Shown: piece by piece, positions 50,217 through 60,593 of the stretch
Layout: each line of letters starts with the position of its first letter
Numbering within the stretch: position 1 is the stretch's first letter
Assembly: GCA_030603495.1 (NCBI GenBank)
Contig: JAUVXR010000010.1
Location: 5,499 to 69,498, forward strand
Source: a bacterium
GTDB taxonomy: Bacteria > Armatimonadota > Zipacnadia > Zipacnadales > Zipacnadaceae
Reading direction: 5' to 3'
DNA length: 64,000 nucleotides
Notes under the pieces: model-generated
What the model was told of the DNA's origin: nothing
Database searches by the model: none
Seen by the model: only the letters and a program-made list of their open reading frames with translations
Program-made: the position numbers and the translations under genes

Positions 50217-51992
50217 TCAATCGGCCAGCGATGAGGCCAACCAGCGCAGGCTCTCCCCTTCCAGACTGGCGAGCTCCTGGGCGGCTTCAACTGCGTTGCG
50301 CCACGGCTCTGTGCGGTCCGCGGGGAGGGCCTCACCGCCCTCTTCCCCAGCCTCCGTTGGCATCTGCGCCAGCGACTCTCCCAGGCTTTCCCAGCGGTTA
50401 GCGATCTGCTGATAACGGTCGCTGGCCCCCAGGAGGACGGTCTGATCCCTGCCCCGAGATTCGGCCGCTAGGTCGGCAAAAAAGCGGGCAGCAGCCCGAC
50501 GCGTGCTGATGATCAGGGGGACTGCCTGTGTAGCCCAGGACTTGATCTTCTCCCCCTGCTCGAGATCGTCGTCTGCGGCGGCCTGGGCCAACACCTCCAG
50601 CAAGGCCCAATGAGCGGCAGCCCCCGCCGGTTGCCGCATGAGCTCTGTCTGGTCCCAGGCCAGGCTAGCCTGGATGACCACCGACTTCATATTGGCGACC
50701 AGATCAGGTTGAGTCTGCTGCTGGGTAAGAGCAAACTGGAATCCCGCGATACTACCTTGCGGCCACAAGACGGGTACTTCGCTGGCTTCCCACACCCGGA
50801 GGAATTCATCCGCCGATAGCTTCACAGCCTGCTGGGCACCCGGGCTGAGTAGATGGAGCTCCTTCTCTGCCGGCCGATGGCCAGTAATCAGGCACCATCG
50901 GGCGTTAGGCCGACCGTATATGACCAGCAAAGGCCGGTTGTTCATCAGGCAGCCAGTGGCGGTGTCGAGCACGCTCGCACCGCCAGCAGAAGTTCGCAGG
51001 TCATAAGCGAAACCCATCTGGTCACTAATCGCTGCCGCGGGATTGCGGTAGAAGGTCTGGACCAGACTGGGGCGCTCGGCGGCAAAGGTAAAGGTGAAGG
51101 GCAGGCCGGAGCTGACGACGAGCTGGTCCATGGAAACTTCCGTCCCAGCCTGACGAAGCAAGGAGCGCAGGGCCGCTAGCAACTCCATTGCCGGCGCACC
51201 GGGAAATTCGTCAATTGGCGGGACGTTCTCCAGCACACGGGCCTGCTCGCGCAGTCGTTCCAATCGTGCCTTCTCGGTCTCCGTTTTTTCGTCGTAGTAG
51301 GCCCAGCCAACGGCCTGCCGGGCGGCAGCCGCCGCCTCAGTATCCGGGTATTGTTCCACTACTTTTACGTACAGGGCCAGGCTCTCCTCGCGATCCTCAG
51401 TGGTTTTGCGCATGATATTAGCCTGCATCAGCAGCGCTTGTGCGGCAATGCTGGGACGATCGCTGAACTCTTCGCTGACCCGCGCATACCACTCCTGGGC
51501 ATCAGCCAGCCGCTCGGCCTCCATGTAAGCACGCGCCACCTCCAGATGCACCCGGCCCCGCAGCTCTTGATACGTCGGGAAGCGCTGGTCAATCTCTCGA
51601 CACGTCGCTGCTGCCATGTCTGGGTCGCGTAGGTGCCGCCGCTGTAGATACACGATCCAGAATAGCGCGTCATCCACGTAGTTGCTACCCCGATACTCGT
51701 CCGCGAGGCGGCGGTAGTATCTAAGGGCCCCCGAGGGATTATCAAGCTCTTCGCGGTACAGATAGGCGAGCTTGTACAAGGCGTCGTCGGCCAGCGGATC
51801 GCCGGCTGCCTCCTGCACGATCCGCGCATACTCCCGCGCCGCCAGCTCGTACTCACCCTGCCTGAAGAAAGCCTCGGCGCGGCGATACAATCGCTGGGAC
51901 TTGGTGGAACAGCCAGCCACCACCAGCACCACGGCGAGCACTGCTATCGCCCAGACCGGCCCTACAGACTTAGCAGAACCTGAGGGTCTCAC
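50217..51992 (-). CDS. TPR lipoprotein with a C-terminal BtrH/C39-like domain
   Basis: Lipobox VAGC; BamD/YbgF-like TPRs (ADDALYKLA, YPDT); C-terminal SGLPFTF...RPLLV...LITGH. Confidence 0.8.
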   Translation of the reverse strand: MRPSGSAKSVGPVWAIAVLAVVLVVAGCSTKSQRLYRRAEAFFRQGEYELAAREYARIVQEAAGDPLADDALYKLAYLYREELDNPSGALRYYRRLADEYRGSNYVDDALFWIVYLQRRHLRDPDMAAATCREIDQRFPTYQELRGRVHLEVARAYMEAERLADAQEWYARVSEEFSDRPSIAAQALLMQANIMRKTTEDREESLALYVKVVEQYPDTEAAAAARQAVGWAYYDEKTETEKARLERLREQARVLENVPPIDEFPGAPAMELLAALRSLLRQAGTEVSMDQLVVSSGLPFTFTFAAERPSLVQTFYRNPAAAISDQMGFAYDLRTSAGGASVLDTATGCLMNNRPLLVIYGRPNARWCLITGHRPAEKELHLLSPGAQQAVKLSADEFLRVWEASEVPVLWPQGSIAGFQFALTQQQTQPDLVANMKSVVIQASLAWDQTELMRQPAGAAAHWALLEVLAQAAADDDLEQGEKIKSWATQAVPLIISTRRAAARFFADLAAESRGRDQTVLLGASDRYQQIANRWESLGESLAQMPTEAGEEGGEALPADRTEPWRNAVEAAQELASLEGESLRWLASSLAD

Positions 51993-52828
51993 AGATTTAC
52001 GGCCTCTTCCAGCACCAGCATTACTGACATTAGTTTCTCCCGCCTTGGGCCAGCCGCGTCTTCCGCCGCGTGGCGCACTATTTCGATCAGCCCTTGAGCT
52101 GCGATCCGCTCCTTGACGAACCGTAGATGGCCCGTCTCGTACAGACTCCTGGCGTTGGTAATCTCCTCCAAGACCAGCCCGAGGCGCTGGTAGGCCTCTG
52201 CTTGAACGGCTTGCGCGTCTTCCGGATCAAGCAAGCTCAGATAAGCCTCCTGTACCGCCGCCGGCAATTCCATCTGCGCAATACGCTGCTGAAGCATCTC
52301 GAACTGCAACTGAGGGCTGCGGCGGTTCAGTGCTCCGTGGTACAGTGCCGAACTGATACCGACCAGTACGGCCACCGCTACTATACTCAGAGCCAAAGCC
52401 ACCCGCCGCGCGCCGCGCCGGCGCCCCGCCGCCCCGGCGAGAACCGGGGACATGCGATCGCCCGCCGCAACCAGGTATTCCACAAGGTCCGGCGGCGCCG
52501 CCGAGAGTTCTTCCTGCTCTCGACGCGAGGCGATGCCAGCCATAGCCTGACGCACCTGCTGCGGATCGGCGATTCTTGCCATTACGCGTCCCAGCACAGA
52601 TTCCGCCTCTGTAGGCAGGTCGCGATCGAAGCGCCACCGGCCCAGTGACGCCAGTAGACGCCGCCACGTCTCGATCACCGCCGCTCGGGCCAACACTTCA
52701 TTGTCCAGCGCGGTCAACGCGAGCGTGTACAACTCGTCGGCCAGTTGATATGCCACGGCGCGCAGTGCGTCAGCATCACCAGCGCGGCAGCGGCGCAGTA
52801 TCTTGTCCTGAACTCCGTTCTCGCTCAT
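51989..52828 (-). CDS. hypothetical protein: ECF sigma region-2-like N-terminus, TM helix, helical C-terminal domain
   Basis: ILRRCRAGDADAL..LYTLAL..AVIETW..L.RWR pattern; hydrophobic VALALSIVAVAVLVGISSALY; GGAG RBS. Confidence 0.7.
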   Translation of the reverse strand: MSENGVQDKILRRCRAGDADALRAVAYQLADELYTLALTALDNEVLARAAVIETWRRLLASLGRWRFDRDLPTEAESVLGRVMARIADPQQVRQAMAGIASRREQEELSAAPPDLVEYLVAAGDRMSPVLAGAAGRRRGARRVALALSIVAVAVLVGISSALYHGALNRRSPQLQFEMLQQRIAQMELPAAVQEAYLSLLDPEDAQAVQAEAYQRLGLVLEEITNARSLYETGHLRFVKERIAAQGLIEIVRHAAEDAAGPRREKLMSVMLVLEEAVNL

Positions 52829-52832
52829 GAAC

Positions 52833-53489
52833 CTACGGCTCCTCGCCGCCGAACAACTCGTCACTAAGCCCAGTATTGATCTCGTAGTCCGTGAAGGTAA
52901 CTGTAACTGTGCCCGGACCCGCCTGGCCCAGTATACCCCCGCTAATCTCACACTTGACTTCGGCAGGCATCCAGAACCTATCGTTGACCTTCACGTACTT
53001 CCAGTATACCGTCAACAGGCGGTTCATGCCAGCCCATACCTCACTGCGCGTCAGCGTCCAGCGTTCGCCCGTGACCCAGAGCAGGAGCCGATGACGTCTG
53101 TCCATGTTCGCCGGCATGAACTTCAGACAGTAGACTGGCCGGGGGCCATCCCGCCGGACTCCAACTGTTATCACTTGCCCCGCTTCGGCCATATGCTTCT
53201 TGAGATTCCCCAGCAGCAGGACATCCCGCGGCAGGACCACCAGGCTGGTTGATTCGATCTTCACTTTGTCGGGCCGTTTAACGTAGACGGTGAAACTGCG
53301 CTCGGGCATGTCGAAACCAGGCAGATCCGTCACGACCCGGGTTTGTACGGTGAAGTCCTCGACCTCGTCGTGCAGCTCCAGTGCCCGCTCCAGTATCTCA
53401 GCAGGCGGAGGATCCGCAGCAAACGCCGCCGGTCCTATGACCAGGCACGCACCAATGACGACCTGAGCAATTCCGCTCACCCACCGCAT
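52833..53489 (-). CDS. LolA-like outer-membrane lipoprotein-sorting protein
   Basis: Signal peptide; YVKRPDKVKIE, LLWV, FWMP, FTDYEINTGLSDELF. Confidence 0.78.
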   Translation of the reverse strand: MRWVSGIAQVVIGACLVIGPAAFAADPPPAEILERALELHDEVEDFTVQTRVVTDLPGFDMPERSFTVYVKRPDKVKIESTSLVVLPRDVLLLGNLKKHMAEAGQVITVGVRRDGPRPVYCLKFMPANMDRRHRLLLWVTGERWTLTRSEVWAGMNRLLTVYWKYVKVNDRFWMPAEVKCEISGGILGQAGPGTVTVTFTDYEINTGLSDELFGGEEP

Positions 53490-53490
53490 T

Positions 53491-54339
53491 CTAACACAGC
53501 ACATCCTTCCGCTGAAATATGATCATGGCCAGGACCGCCGGCACCACGATATAGCCCGCCAGGTAGCTGAGCGAGCTGCGCACTGCTACCCAGTCAACAA
53601 CCCCGGCGAAAGCTTCGCGGTAGACCGAAATGTGTTCGGTTACCAGGTACGGCTGCAACCAGACGAAATAAGGCATCAGTTGCAGCGCCTGAAATACGAG
53701 CAGTATGGCTACGGTCACCCCCGCAGCCGTCAGCGGGTTGTCGCAGACAACCGACAGTAGTAGCGCCAGCGAGGCAATCGCCATCATCGCTACCGCCCCC
53801 AGCCCATAGCCCAGGGCTAGCCGGACTAGCGCCTGCGGCTCAGCCAAAACGCCCAACGACGAGCCTTGAAAGTCCATGACGACCAGGTCGCCGCGCCCGA
53901 AGACGAGATACCCAACCAGGGCACCGAATAGGCCCAGGAATAGCACCAGACTGGCGGCGTGCAGCCAGCCGGCAAACAGTTTCCCGGCCAGCAGGCGCGT
54001 GCGCGGCACCGGCCGGGTTATCACTGTACGCAAGGTCCCGGCACGCTTCTCTCCCGCTACCAGGCCGCTGGCCACGGTGGCGACCAGCAAGGGAATGAGC
54101 AAGTACAAGGCCAGGGGGAGCGTGAGCAACACAAAGGGAAGAAATGGCCCGGTGAGCAGCTTGCCGCCGACAATGAACTGGTCCCCGACGGCTCGCCGGA
54201 GATCGTCGGGCGGCCCGTGACGCCAGATTCCCCAGACGAATAGCCCGACTAACACCGCCAGCACCACGTAGCCGACATAGGTCCCGCGCTGGGCGAATAG
54301 CTTGCGCAGCTCAATTGCTATCGTCGTGCGCAGTCTCAT
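53491..54339 (-). CDS. ABC-2 type exporter permease
   Basis: ELRKL, AGEKRAGTLR...RPVPRTRLLAGK, six TM helices, FQRKDV. Confidence 0.92.
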   Translation of the reverse strand: MRLRTTIAIELRKLFAQRGTYVGYVVLAVLVGLFVWGIWRHGPPDDLRRAVGDQFIVGGKLLTGPFLPFVLLTLPLALYLLIPLLVATVASGLVAGEKRAGTLRTVITRPVPRTRLLAGKLFAGWLHAASLVLFLGLFGALVGYLVFGRGDLVVMDFQGSSLGVLAEPQALVRLALGYGLGAVAMMAIASLALLLSVVCDNPLTAAGVTVAILLVFQALQLMPYFVWLQPYLVTEHISVYREAFAGVVDWVAVRSSLSYLAGYIVVPAVLAMIIFQRKDVLC

Positions 54340-55249
54340 TATCCTCCGTCAGCCGCATATACAGTTCCTCAAGGGTCTCGCGATAGGGTATCAGCCCAAA
54401 GACGCGCAGGTCTTCCGACACCAGCATCTTGTTGATGTCGGCTACCGCATCCGGCGCGCAGTAAAGCTCGACCGTCTTGGCTTTGGCCTCTACCCGCTCG
54501 GCGCCATGGTAACCCGACAGCAGCCGCCCCGCCAGGTGGGGGTTGTTGGTGTAGATCTCCACGCGGATCTGCTCGGCCCCTAGTAGCTCCTCCACCGGCC
54601 CGTCGGCTACTACCTGGCCGCTGACGATGACCGCCACGTGCGTGCAAAGCTGCTCGACCTCGTAGAGCAGGTGACTGGACAAGAAGATGGTCACACCCCG
54701 CTTCTCACTCAGACGCTGCAGCAGCTCTCGCACCTCCACCAGCCCGCGCGGGTCCAGACCCGAGGCTGGCTCGTCGAGGATGAGCAGCTCGGGCTCCGGC
54801 AGCAGCGCTTGGGCCAGGTACAGCCGCCGGCGCATGCCGTGCGAATAGGTGCCGACCTTGTCGTGCTGCCGGCTACTGAGGCCGACGAGCTCCAGAGCTT
54901 CGGAGATAGCCTGCGCCGAGGTGCCGCCGGACAGGGCCGCGAGCAGCTTGAGGTTCTTCCGACCGGACAGGTACTCGTAAAGCGCCGGCTCCTCGACCAC
55001 CGCGCCGACCACTGGGCCGCCGCCCCGCCGCAGTGCGCTGACCGGTGCCCCGAACAACCGCGCCCGGCCCCGGGTCGGCCGCACCAGGCCGGTGAGCACG
55101 CGGATAGCCGTGCTCTTGCCGGCGCCGTTAGGCCCGAGCAGCCCGTAGACCTGGCCGCGCTCGACGCGCAGGTCCACCTCGCGCAGCGCCCACGTCCGCC
55201 CGTAGCGCTTGCTGAGTCCTTCGGTTTCGATAATAGCGTCGCCGCTCAA
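54311..55249 (-). CDS. ABC transporter ATP-binding protein
   Basis: GPNGAGKS, YSHGMRRRL, LILDEP, SSHLL. Confidence 0.95.
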   Translation of the reverse strand: MSGDAIIETEGLSKRYGRTWALREVDLRVERGQVYGLLGPNGAGKSTAIRVLTGLVRPTRGRARLFGAPVSALRRGGGPVVGAVVEEPALYEYLSGRKNLKLLAALSGGTSAQAISEALELVGLSSRQHDKVGTYSHGMRRRLYLAQALLPEPELLILDEPASGLDPRGLVEVRELLQRLSEKRGVTIFLSSHLLYEVEQLCTHVAVIVSGQVVADGPVEELLGAEQIRVEIYTNNPHLAGRLLSGYHGAERVEAKAKTVELYCAPDAVADINKMLVSEDLRVFGLIPYRETLEELYMRLTEDNETAHDDSN

Positions 55250-55420
55250 CTTTGGCGTCTCCGGTGTCTAATGAAGTAAGGATATGATACCACAATCCAA
55301 GCCAGTACGTCCATGATAGCGCACCGGGAGGCAGGGCAGGTCTGCTTCTCACTTACGGCGAAGGTATTTCTAAGAGGACTGTAGGTTGACTTTTGACGGC
55401 GAAGGTTGGAGAGCAAGAAT

Positions 55421-57256
55421 ATGTCAGTTGTGATGGAGTGGCTCAAGATATGGGATGCATTGATCGTTGGCCTTCTCGCTATAGCAGTCATGATAGTACT
55501 GCACCTGTTGCGACGGACGAGGGTGCCCGAGGTTCTTCGTGAAGAAGGGGCGCTAACTCGAGCGGCAATCGCCAAGTTCGCGGATGGTCTGGCGCAGCAC
55601 CCCGAGAAGATGACGTCGACCCTTCCTGAACGGTCGGCTTTGCCCCCGGTCATCGCCGAGGTGGCGGATAGCGCATTGACCAGTCTCACCCAGAGTGCCC
55701 AGATGATTGCAGGCGGGGACCTAGAGGCCGCCGACCAGAGCACCACTGAAGTCATGGGGGAGCTTGAGGAGACCTTCGAGACCTGGGTTGTCGAGGCGGG
55801 CGACGAGCCAGGGGACGACATCAGGGATGTCATCACTGGGTTGCTAGGAGGTGCTTATCTGCAACGGGGGACAATTGCCTTCGAGCGGGAAGACTACGAG
55901 ACTGCGGTGGACATGTATAAAAGGGCCTACGGTTATGCCCAGGCCGGCCAAAATGCGCCAAACATGGCCCAGACGCTTCACCAAATCGGCGTCGCTTACG
56001 GGTTTGCGGGCAACCACGAGAAAGCGGAGACGTTCTTCCGCCGGGCTGCACACATCCAGCCCACTGCTCAGGCCTACAACAACCTGGGCGTGGCGCTCGC
56101 AGGACAAGGCGATATCGAAGCAGCTATCGAGGAGTATCGCGAAGCCCTGCGCCTCAATCCCGACTACGCCGAGGCCCACTACAACCTGGGCGTAGCACTG
56201 AGCCAGCAGGGCGAAATCGAAGAGGCCATCGCTGAGTACCGCAAAGCCTTGCGGATTAATCCTGACTCCGCCGAGGCCCACTGTAACCTGGGCGAGGCGC
56301 TGGGCCAGCAGGGCAAGACCGATGAGGCAATTGCCGAGTATCGCGAAGCCCTGCGTATCAACCCTGACTATGCCGATGTCCACAACAATCTGGGCGTGGC
56401 GCTGCGCCAGCAGGGCAAGACCGACGAGACCATCGCCGCGTTTCGCCAGGCAATTGCGCTTAACCCCAACTACGTCGAGGCGCACAGCAGCTTGGGTAAC
56501 TTCCTAACAGAATGCGGCAAGATCCAAGAGGCTATCCTTGAGCACCGGGAAGCGCTGCGTATCAATCCTGACGACGCGGATGCCCACTATAGCCTAGGGC
56601 TTACGTTATGGCAGCACGGTGATATTGAAGACGCAATCACCGAATACCGTGAAGCGCTACAACTGGATCCCAACCACAGCAAGGCGCACAACAACTTGGG
56701 CGCAGCACTATTGCAGCAAGGGAACCTCAAAGAGGCTATCGGGGCGTTTCGTGCGGCATTGCGCATAGATCCTGACTGGGCCGACGTCCGCACAAACCTC
56801 AGAGTTGCCCTCGTAGACCAGGGCAATCTCCTCGCAGAAGAGGGGGATACTAAGGCAGCTATTGAGGCGTATCGGGAAGCCTTGCGCATCAGTCCCGACT
56901 TCGCCGTGGCGCACTATAACTTGGGCACGGTGCTGGACCGAGAGGGCAAGACCGACGAGGCCATTGCTGAGTATCGAAAGGCCATTATGCTCAACCCTGA
57001 CTATTCCGAGGCCCATAACAATCTCGGCAATCGGCTAAGAGAGCAGGGCAATATCGACGAGGCCGTAGCTGAATATCGGAAAGCCTTGCGCATTACTCCC
57101 GACGACGGCCACACCCATTGGAATCTGGCGGTGGCATTGTGCGGACAGGAACAGTTCGCCGAAGCCAAGGTTGAGGCCGACACGGCGTTGCGACTAGACC
57201 CTAGTAACGAGCAGGCCCAGGGGATGATTGAAGAGCTGACGGAGAAGGGCTATTGA
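55421..57256 (+). CDS. membrane-anchored TPR repeat protein
   Basis: N-terminal TM helix; about 12-13 TPRs (AHYNLG..EAIAEYR.AL.INP). Confidence 0.9.
   Translation: MSVVMEWLKIWDALIVGLLAIAVMIVLHLLRRTRVPEVLREEGALTRAAIAKFADGLAQHPEKMTSTLPERSALPPVIAEVADSALTSLTQSAQMIAGGDLEAADQSTTEVMGELEETFETWVVEAGDEPGDDIRDVITGLLGGAYLQRGTIAFEREDYETAVDMYKRAYGYAQAGQNAPNMAQTLHQIGVAYGFAGNHEKAETFFRRAAHIQPTAQAYNNLGVALAGQGDIEAAIEEYREALRLNPDYAEAHYNLGVALSQQGEIEEAIAEYRKALRINPDSAEAHCNLGEALGQQGKTDEAIAEYREALRINPDYADVHNNLGVALRQQGKTDETIAAFRQAIALNPNYVEAHSSLGNFLTECGKIQEAILEHREALRINPDDADAHYSLGLTLWQHGDIEDAITEYREALQLDPNHSKAHNNLGAALLQQGNLKEAIGAFRAALRIDPDWADVRTNLRVALVDQGNLLAEEGDTKAAIEAYREALRISPDFAVAHYNLGTVLDREGKTDEAIAEYRKAIMLNPDYSEAHNNLGNRLREQGNIDEAVAEYRKALRITPDDGHTHWNLAVALCGQEQFAEAKVEADTALRLDPSNEQAQGMIEELTEKGY
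56070..57140 (+). repeat. coding tandem 102-bp TPR repeats
   Basis: Recurring GAGTATCGCGAAGCCCTGCG / AACCTGGGCG units at roughly 102-nt period. Confidence 0.75.
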
Positions 57257-57291
57257 CGCGTCGGTGTGACACGACAGGAGGGTGATACGCT

Positions 57292-58422
57292 ATGCTTAGT
57301 AAGGGGCAGTTGAGTCGCTACCAGTCAGTGCTGCTGGCGCTGATGCTGCTCATTTTACTGCCCTGGGCCAGTTGGGGGCAGATGATCAGCCGGGAGCAGG
57401 CGATGCTGGCCGCAAGGCAACTCAGTGCCGCCTTCGCCATGGTGGCCAAGCAAGTCAAGCCCGCCGTGGTGAATATCTCTACCACTACCGTAATACCCGG
57501 GCGGCAGTCGCCGTTCTCGTCCGTGTTTCCGGAGTTTGGCTGGCTCTTCCGTGTGCCCGAGCGCGAGAAGACCAGCCTGGGCTCGGGCTTCCTGCTCTCG
57601 CCCAGTGGCCACGTCGTGACGAACCACCACGTCATCCAGGGCGCGCAGCAGATCAAGGTGAAACTCGCCGACGGACGGGAGTTCACCGCCCAGCTCAAGG
57701 CCACTGATGCCGTGACCGACCTGGCGGTGATTAAGGTGCCCGCGCAGGGTCTCCCCTACCTTACGTGGGGCAACTCGGATCTGCTTCAGGTAGGCGAGTG
57801 GGTACTGGCCATCGGCTCGCCGCTGGGGCTGAGCCAGACGGTTACCGCGGGAATCGTCAGCGCCACGGGGCGCAGCGGGCTGGGACTGACCAGCTACGAA
57901 GATTTCATCCAGACCGACGCTGCCGTCAACCCGGGCAACAGCGGCGGGCCGCTGGTCAACCTGGAGGGGAAGGTCGTGGGCATCAATACGGCTATTGCCT
58001 CAAGGAGCGGCGGGAGTGAGGGGATCAGCTTTGCCGTGCCCAGCAATATCGCCCAACCCGTCTGTCGCCAGCTCATCGCGCAGGGCAGCGTCACCCGGGG
58101 ATGGCTGGGTATTATTCCCCGGGATCTCACCGCCCAGACCATCCAGCGGTTCGCCCTGAGCATAGACGAGGGGGTACTGGTCTATCAACTGTACCGCAAT
58201 AGCCCAGCCTTCGAGGCCAGCATTGCCCCGGGCGAGGTGTTGACCGCCTGGAATGGCCAGCCGCTCAGCGACAGCAATGCTCTGGCTAAACTGGTAGCTA
58301 ACAGCCCGCCCAACACACTGGTGCAGGTTACCATCTGGTCCAACGGCGAAACGCGGACCGTGCCCATGAGACTGGGGCGGCGGCCGCAACCACGGGAGGG
58401 TAGAAGCATAGACGGCATATGA
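57292..58422 (+). CDS. HtrA/DegQ-family serine protease with a PDZ domain
   Basis: GSGF, TNHHV, DLAVIK, QTDAAVNPGNSGGPL, RGWLG. Confidence 0.95.
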   Translation: MLSKGQLSRYQSVLLALMLLILLPWASWGQMISREQAMLAARQLSAAFAMVAKQVKPAVVNISTTTVIPGRQSPFSSVFPEFGWLFRVPEREKTSLGSGFLLSPSGHVVTNHHVIQGAQQIKVKLADGREFTAQLKATDAVTDLAVIKVPAQGLPYLTWGNSDLLQVGEWVLAIGSPLGLSQTVTAGIVSATGRSGLGLTSYEDFIQTDAAVNPGNSGGPLVNLEGKVVGINTAIASRSGGSEGISFAVPSNIAQPVCRQLIAQGSVTRGWLGIIPRDLTAQTIQRFALSIDEGVLVYQLYRNSPAFEASIAPGEVLTAWNGQPLSDSNALAKLVANSPPNTLVQVTIWSNGETRTVPMRLGRRPQPREGRSIDGI

Positions 58423-59330
58423 TCAAGGCTTACTGGGCCAAATTTGCCGGTAGTGTAGCCTTTTGGGGACGGGTTATTGGGCGGGCCGGGCGCCATTATA
58501 ACCAACTGCACTCGGGGATGCTGGCGGCGGCCATCGCGTACTATGCCCTGGTCTGTCTGGCGCCGCTGGCGCTGCTGAGCGTGGTGGCGCTGCAGGCATG
58601 GTCGGGATCAGCCGAGGTGGCCAACGAGTACCTGCAGCAGTTGGTCGGCGCGATATTCCCCGAGCCCGGTGAAATCCTGAAGTTGCTCGGTCAGGGGCTG
58701 CACCAGCCCGGTGCACGAGCCATCCTTGGCGGAGCCGTGGGCCTCATAGCGCTGGCCTGGGCAACTCTGCGCCTGTTTGAGGCGGTGGAACGGGGTCTGA
58801 CCGTGATATGGGCCCAGCAGCCCCGGCGCCATATTGCCATTCGCAAGCTGATCGCAATGGCCACGCTAGTCGGTGTGGGAGTAATAGGCGCAACCTTCAT
58901 CCTGACCATGACACTGTCGGCGTGGCTGCGGCGGATGGTCGAACAGACCGACGCAGGTAGCGAGTTCCTGGCGCGCTTGCCCTGGCCCTCAGGCCACACC
59001 GGCACCGTCACCGCTTTCATACTGTCAGTGCTTGCCCTGTTCGTGGCCTACAAATTGCTACCAGAGGGCTGGGTATCGAACCGGGCCGCGGCACTGGCCG
59101 CCCTCTCGACGGCCGTGCTGGTGCAAGTGGCCGGCAGGCTATTCAATTTCACCATCGTGGGCGTCGTCTACCTGAGCATGGTCTACGGCACCCTGACCTG
59201 GGTGATCATCTTCCTGCTGTGGGCGTACTTTGGCGCAGCCATCCTGCTGTTCGGAGCGCACCTGGGCTGGGCCTATGATACGCAACACGCGAAAAACTCG
59301 GTGTCCACCGAAGCTGATGCTTCTTCGTAG
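58419..59330 (+). CDS. YihY/BrkB family membrane protein
   Basis: AAAIAYYAL..LAP, YKLLP, YGTL..VIIFLLW.Y..A.ILLFGA. Confidence 0.9.
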   Translation: MIKAYWAKFAGSVAFWGRVIGRAGRHYNQLHSGMLAAAIAYYALVCLAPLALLSVVALQAWSGSAEVANEYLQQLVGAIFPEPGEILKLLGQGLHQPGARAILGGAVGLIALAWATLRLFEAVERGLTVIWAQQPRRHIAIRKLIAMATLVGVGVIGATFILTMTLSAWLRRMVEQTDAGSEFLARLPWPSGHTGTVTAFILSVLALFVAYKLLPEGWVSNRAAALAALSTAVLVQVAGRLFNFTIVGVVYLSMVYGTLTWVIIFLLWAYFGAAILLFGAHLGWAYDTQHAKNSVSTEADASS

Positions 59331-59550
59331 CTCGTCGCCAGGCCAGATAGGAGGATTTCGACAGCTTTCAGCGAATAAGATACTTGCGGATGAGGCGCTG
59401 ACGGATGTGCACGGACCCAGGGAGTGAGGTGAACCGCAATGGTTAGTAATCTTCCTCAGAAAGCTACCGCCATCTTAGCTTACACTTGCGGTAGCCGCCG
59501 CCCCTCTACGAGCCGCAGCCCTCGGATGAACACAAGCAGGAGGACACTGA

Positions 59551-60591
59551 ATGAGTGAACTTCGCAAGGACCCGATAGTTGACCGCTGGATAATTATCGC
59601 TGCCGAGCGGGGGCGGCGGCCCTTCGATTTCAAGACCGAGCCGGAGCCACCCAGCTCGGAAGGCTGTCCGTTCTGTGAAGGCAACGAGCAGACTACCCCA
59701 CCGGAGGTATTCGCCCTACGCGACGGCGGCCCGCCCAACAGCCCGGGATGGCGAGTACGGGTTGTGCCCAACAAGTTTCCCGCCCTGGCCATCGAGGGGG
59801 AACTGGTCCGCTCCGGGATAGGCCGGCTGGACCGCATGACGGGCGTAGGCGCCCACGAGGTGATAATCGAGAGTCCGCAGCACGCCGACGATCTGCCAAC
59901 GTTGCCCGCGGACCACATCGTTGATGTTCTGTCCACCTACGCCCAGCGCACCTGTGATCTGCACCGCGATGAGCGCTTCCGGTACACAATCGTATTCCGT
60001 AATTACAAAGCCGAGGCGGGAGCCTCGTTAAGTCATCCCCACTCCCAGCTTATCGCCTTGCCGTTCATCCCCGAGCTAATGAAGGAGAAACTAGACAGCG
60101 CCCGCGAGCACTACCAGCGCAAGGAACGCTGCATATTCTGCGACCTGCTCGAGCAGGAGCTGGAGTTGTCGGACCGCATCATATACCGTAACGAGCATTT
60201 TGTGATCCTCTCGCCGTTTGCCGCCCGCTTTCCGTTCTCGGTGGAGATCTATCCGCTTGAGCACTGTCACGACTTCGTGGCGATGGACTCGACCCAGCAG
60301 TACGACTTAGCCGACGCGCTCCAATACGTGCTGAATCAGTACAAGACCACACTGTCTAATCCGCCATACAATATGACCCTGCAGGCAGCCCCCAACACCA
60401 TACCACGCCCAGGTCATCCCGACTACTGGGGAACGATTGCCTACGACTACCACTGGCATCTGGAGATATTCCCGCGACTGACGAAGATGGCAGGGTTTGA
60501 ATGGGGCACCGGCTGCTACATCAACCCGGTATCTCCCGAGGATGCTGCACAGCATTTGAGCACCAACTCTCAGTCACTCGAGGCAGATTGA
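59551..60591 (+). CDS. galT: GalT-type hexose-1-phosphate nucleotidyltransferase
   Basis: ELRKDP, CPFCEGNE, NKFPAL, GASLSHPHSQ, CIFC, HWHLEI. Confidence 0.9.
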   Translation: MSELRKDPIVDRWIIIAAERGRRPFDFKTEPEPPSSEGCPFCEGNEQTTPPEVFALRDGGPPNSPGWRVRVVPNKFPALAIEGELVRSGIGRLDRMTGVGAHEVIIESPQHADDLPTLPADHIVDVLSTYAQRTCDLHRDERFRYTIVFRNYKAEAGASLSHPHSQLIALPFIPELMKEKLDSAREHYQRKERCIFCDLLEQELELSDRIIYRNEHFVILSPFAARFPFSVEIYPLEHCHDFVAMDSTQQYDLADALQYVLNQYKTTLSNPPYNMTLQAAPNTIPRPGHPDYWGTIAYDYHWHLEIFPRLTKMAGFEWGTGCYINPVSPEDAAQHLSTNSQSLEAD

Positions 60592-60593
60592 CC

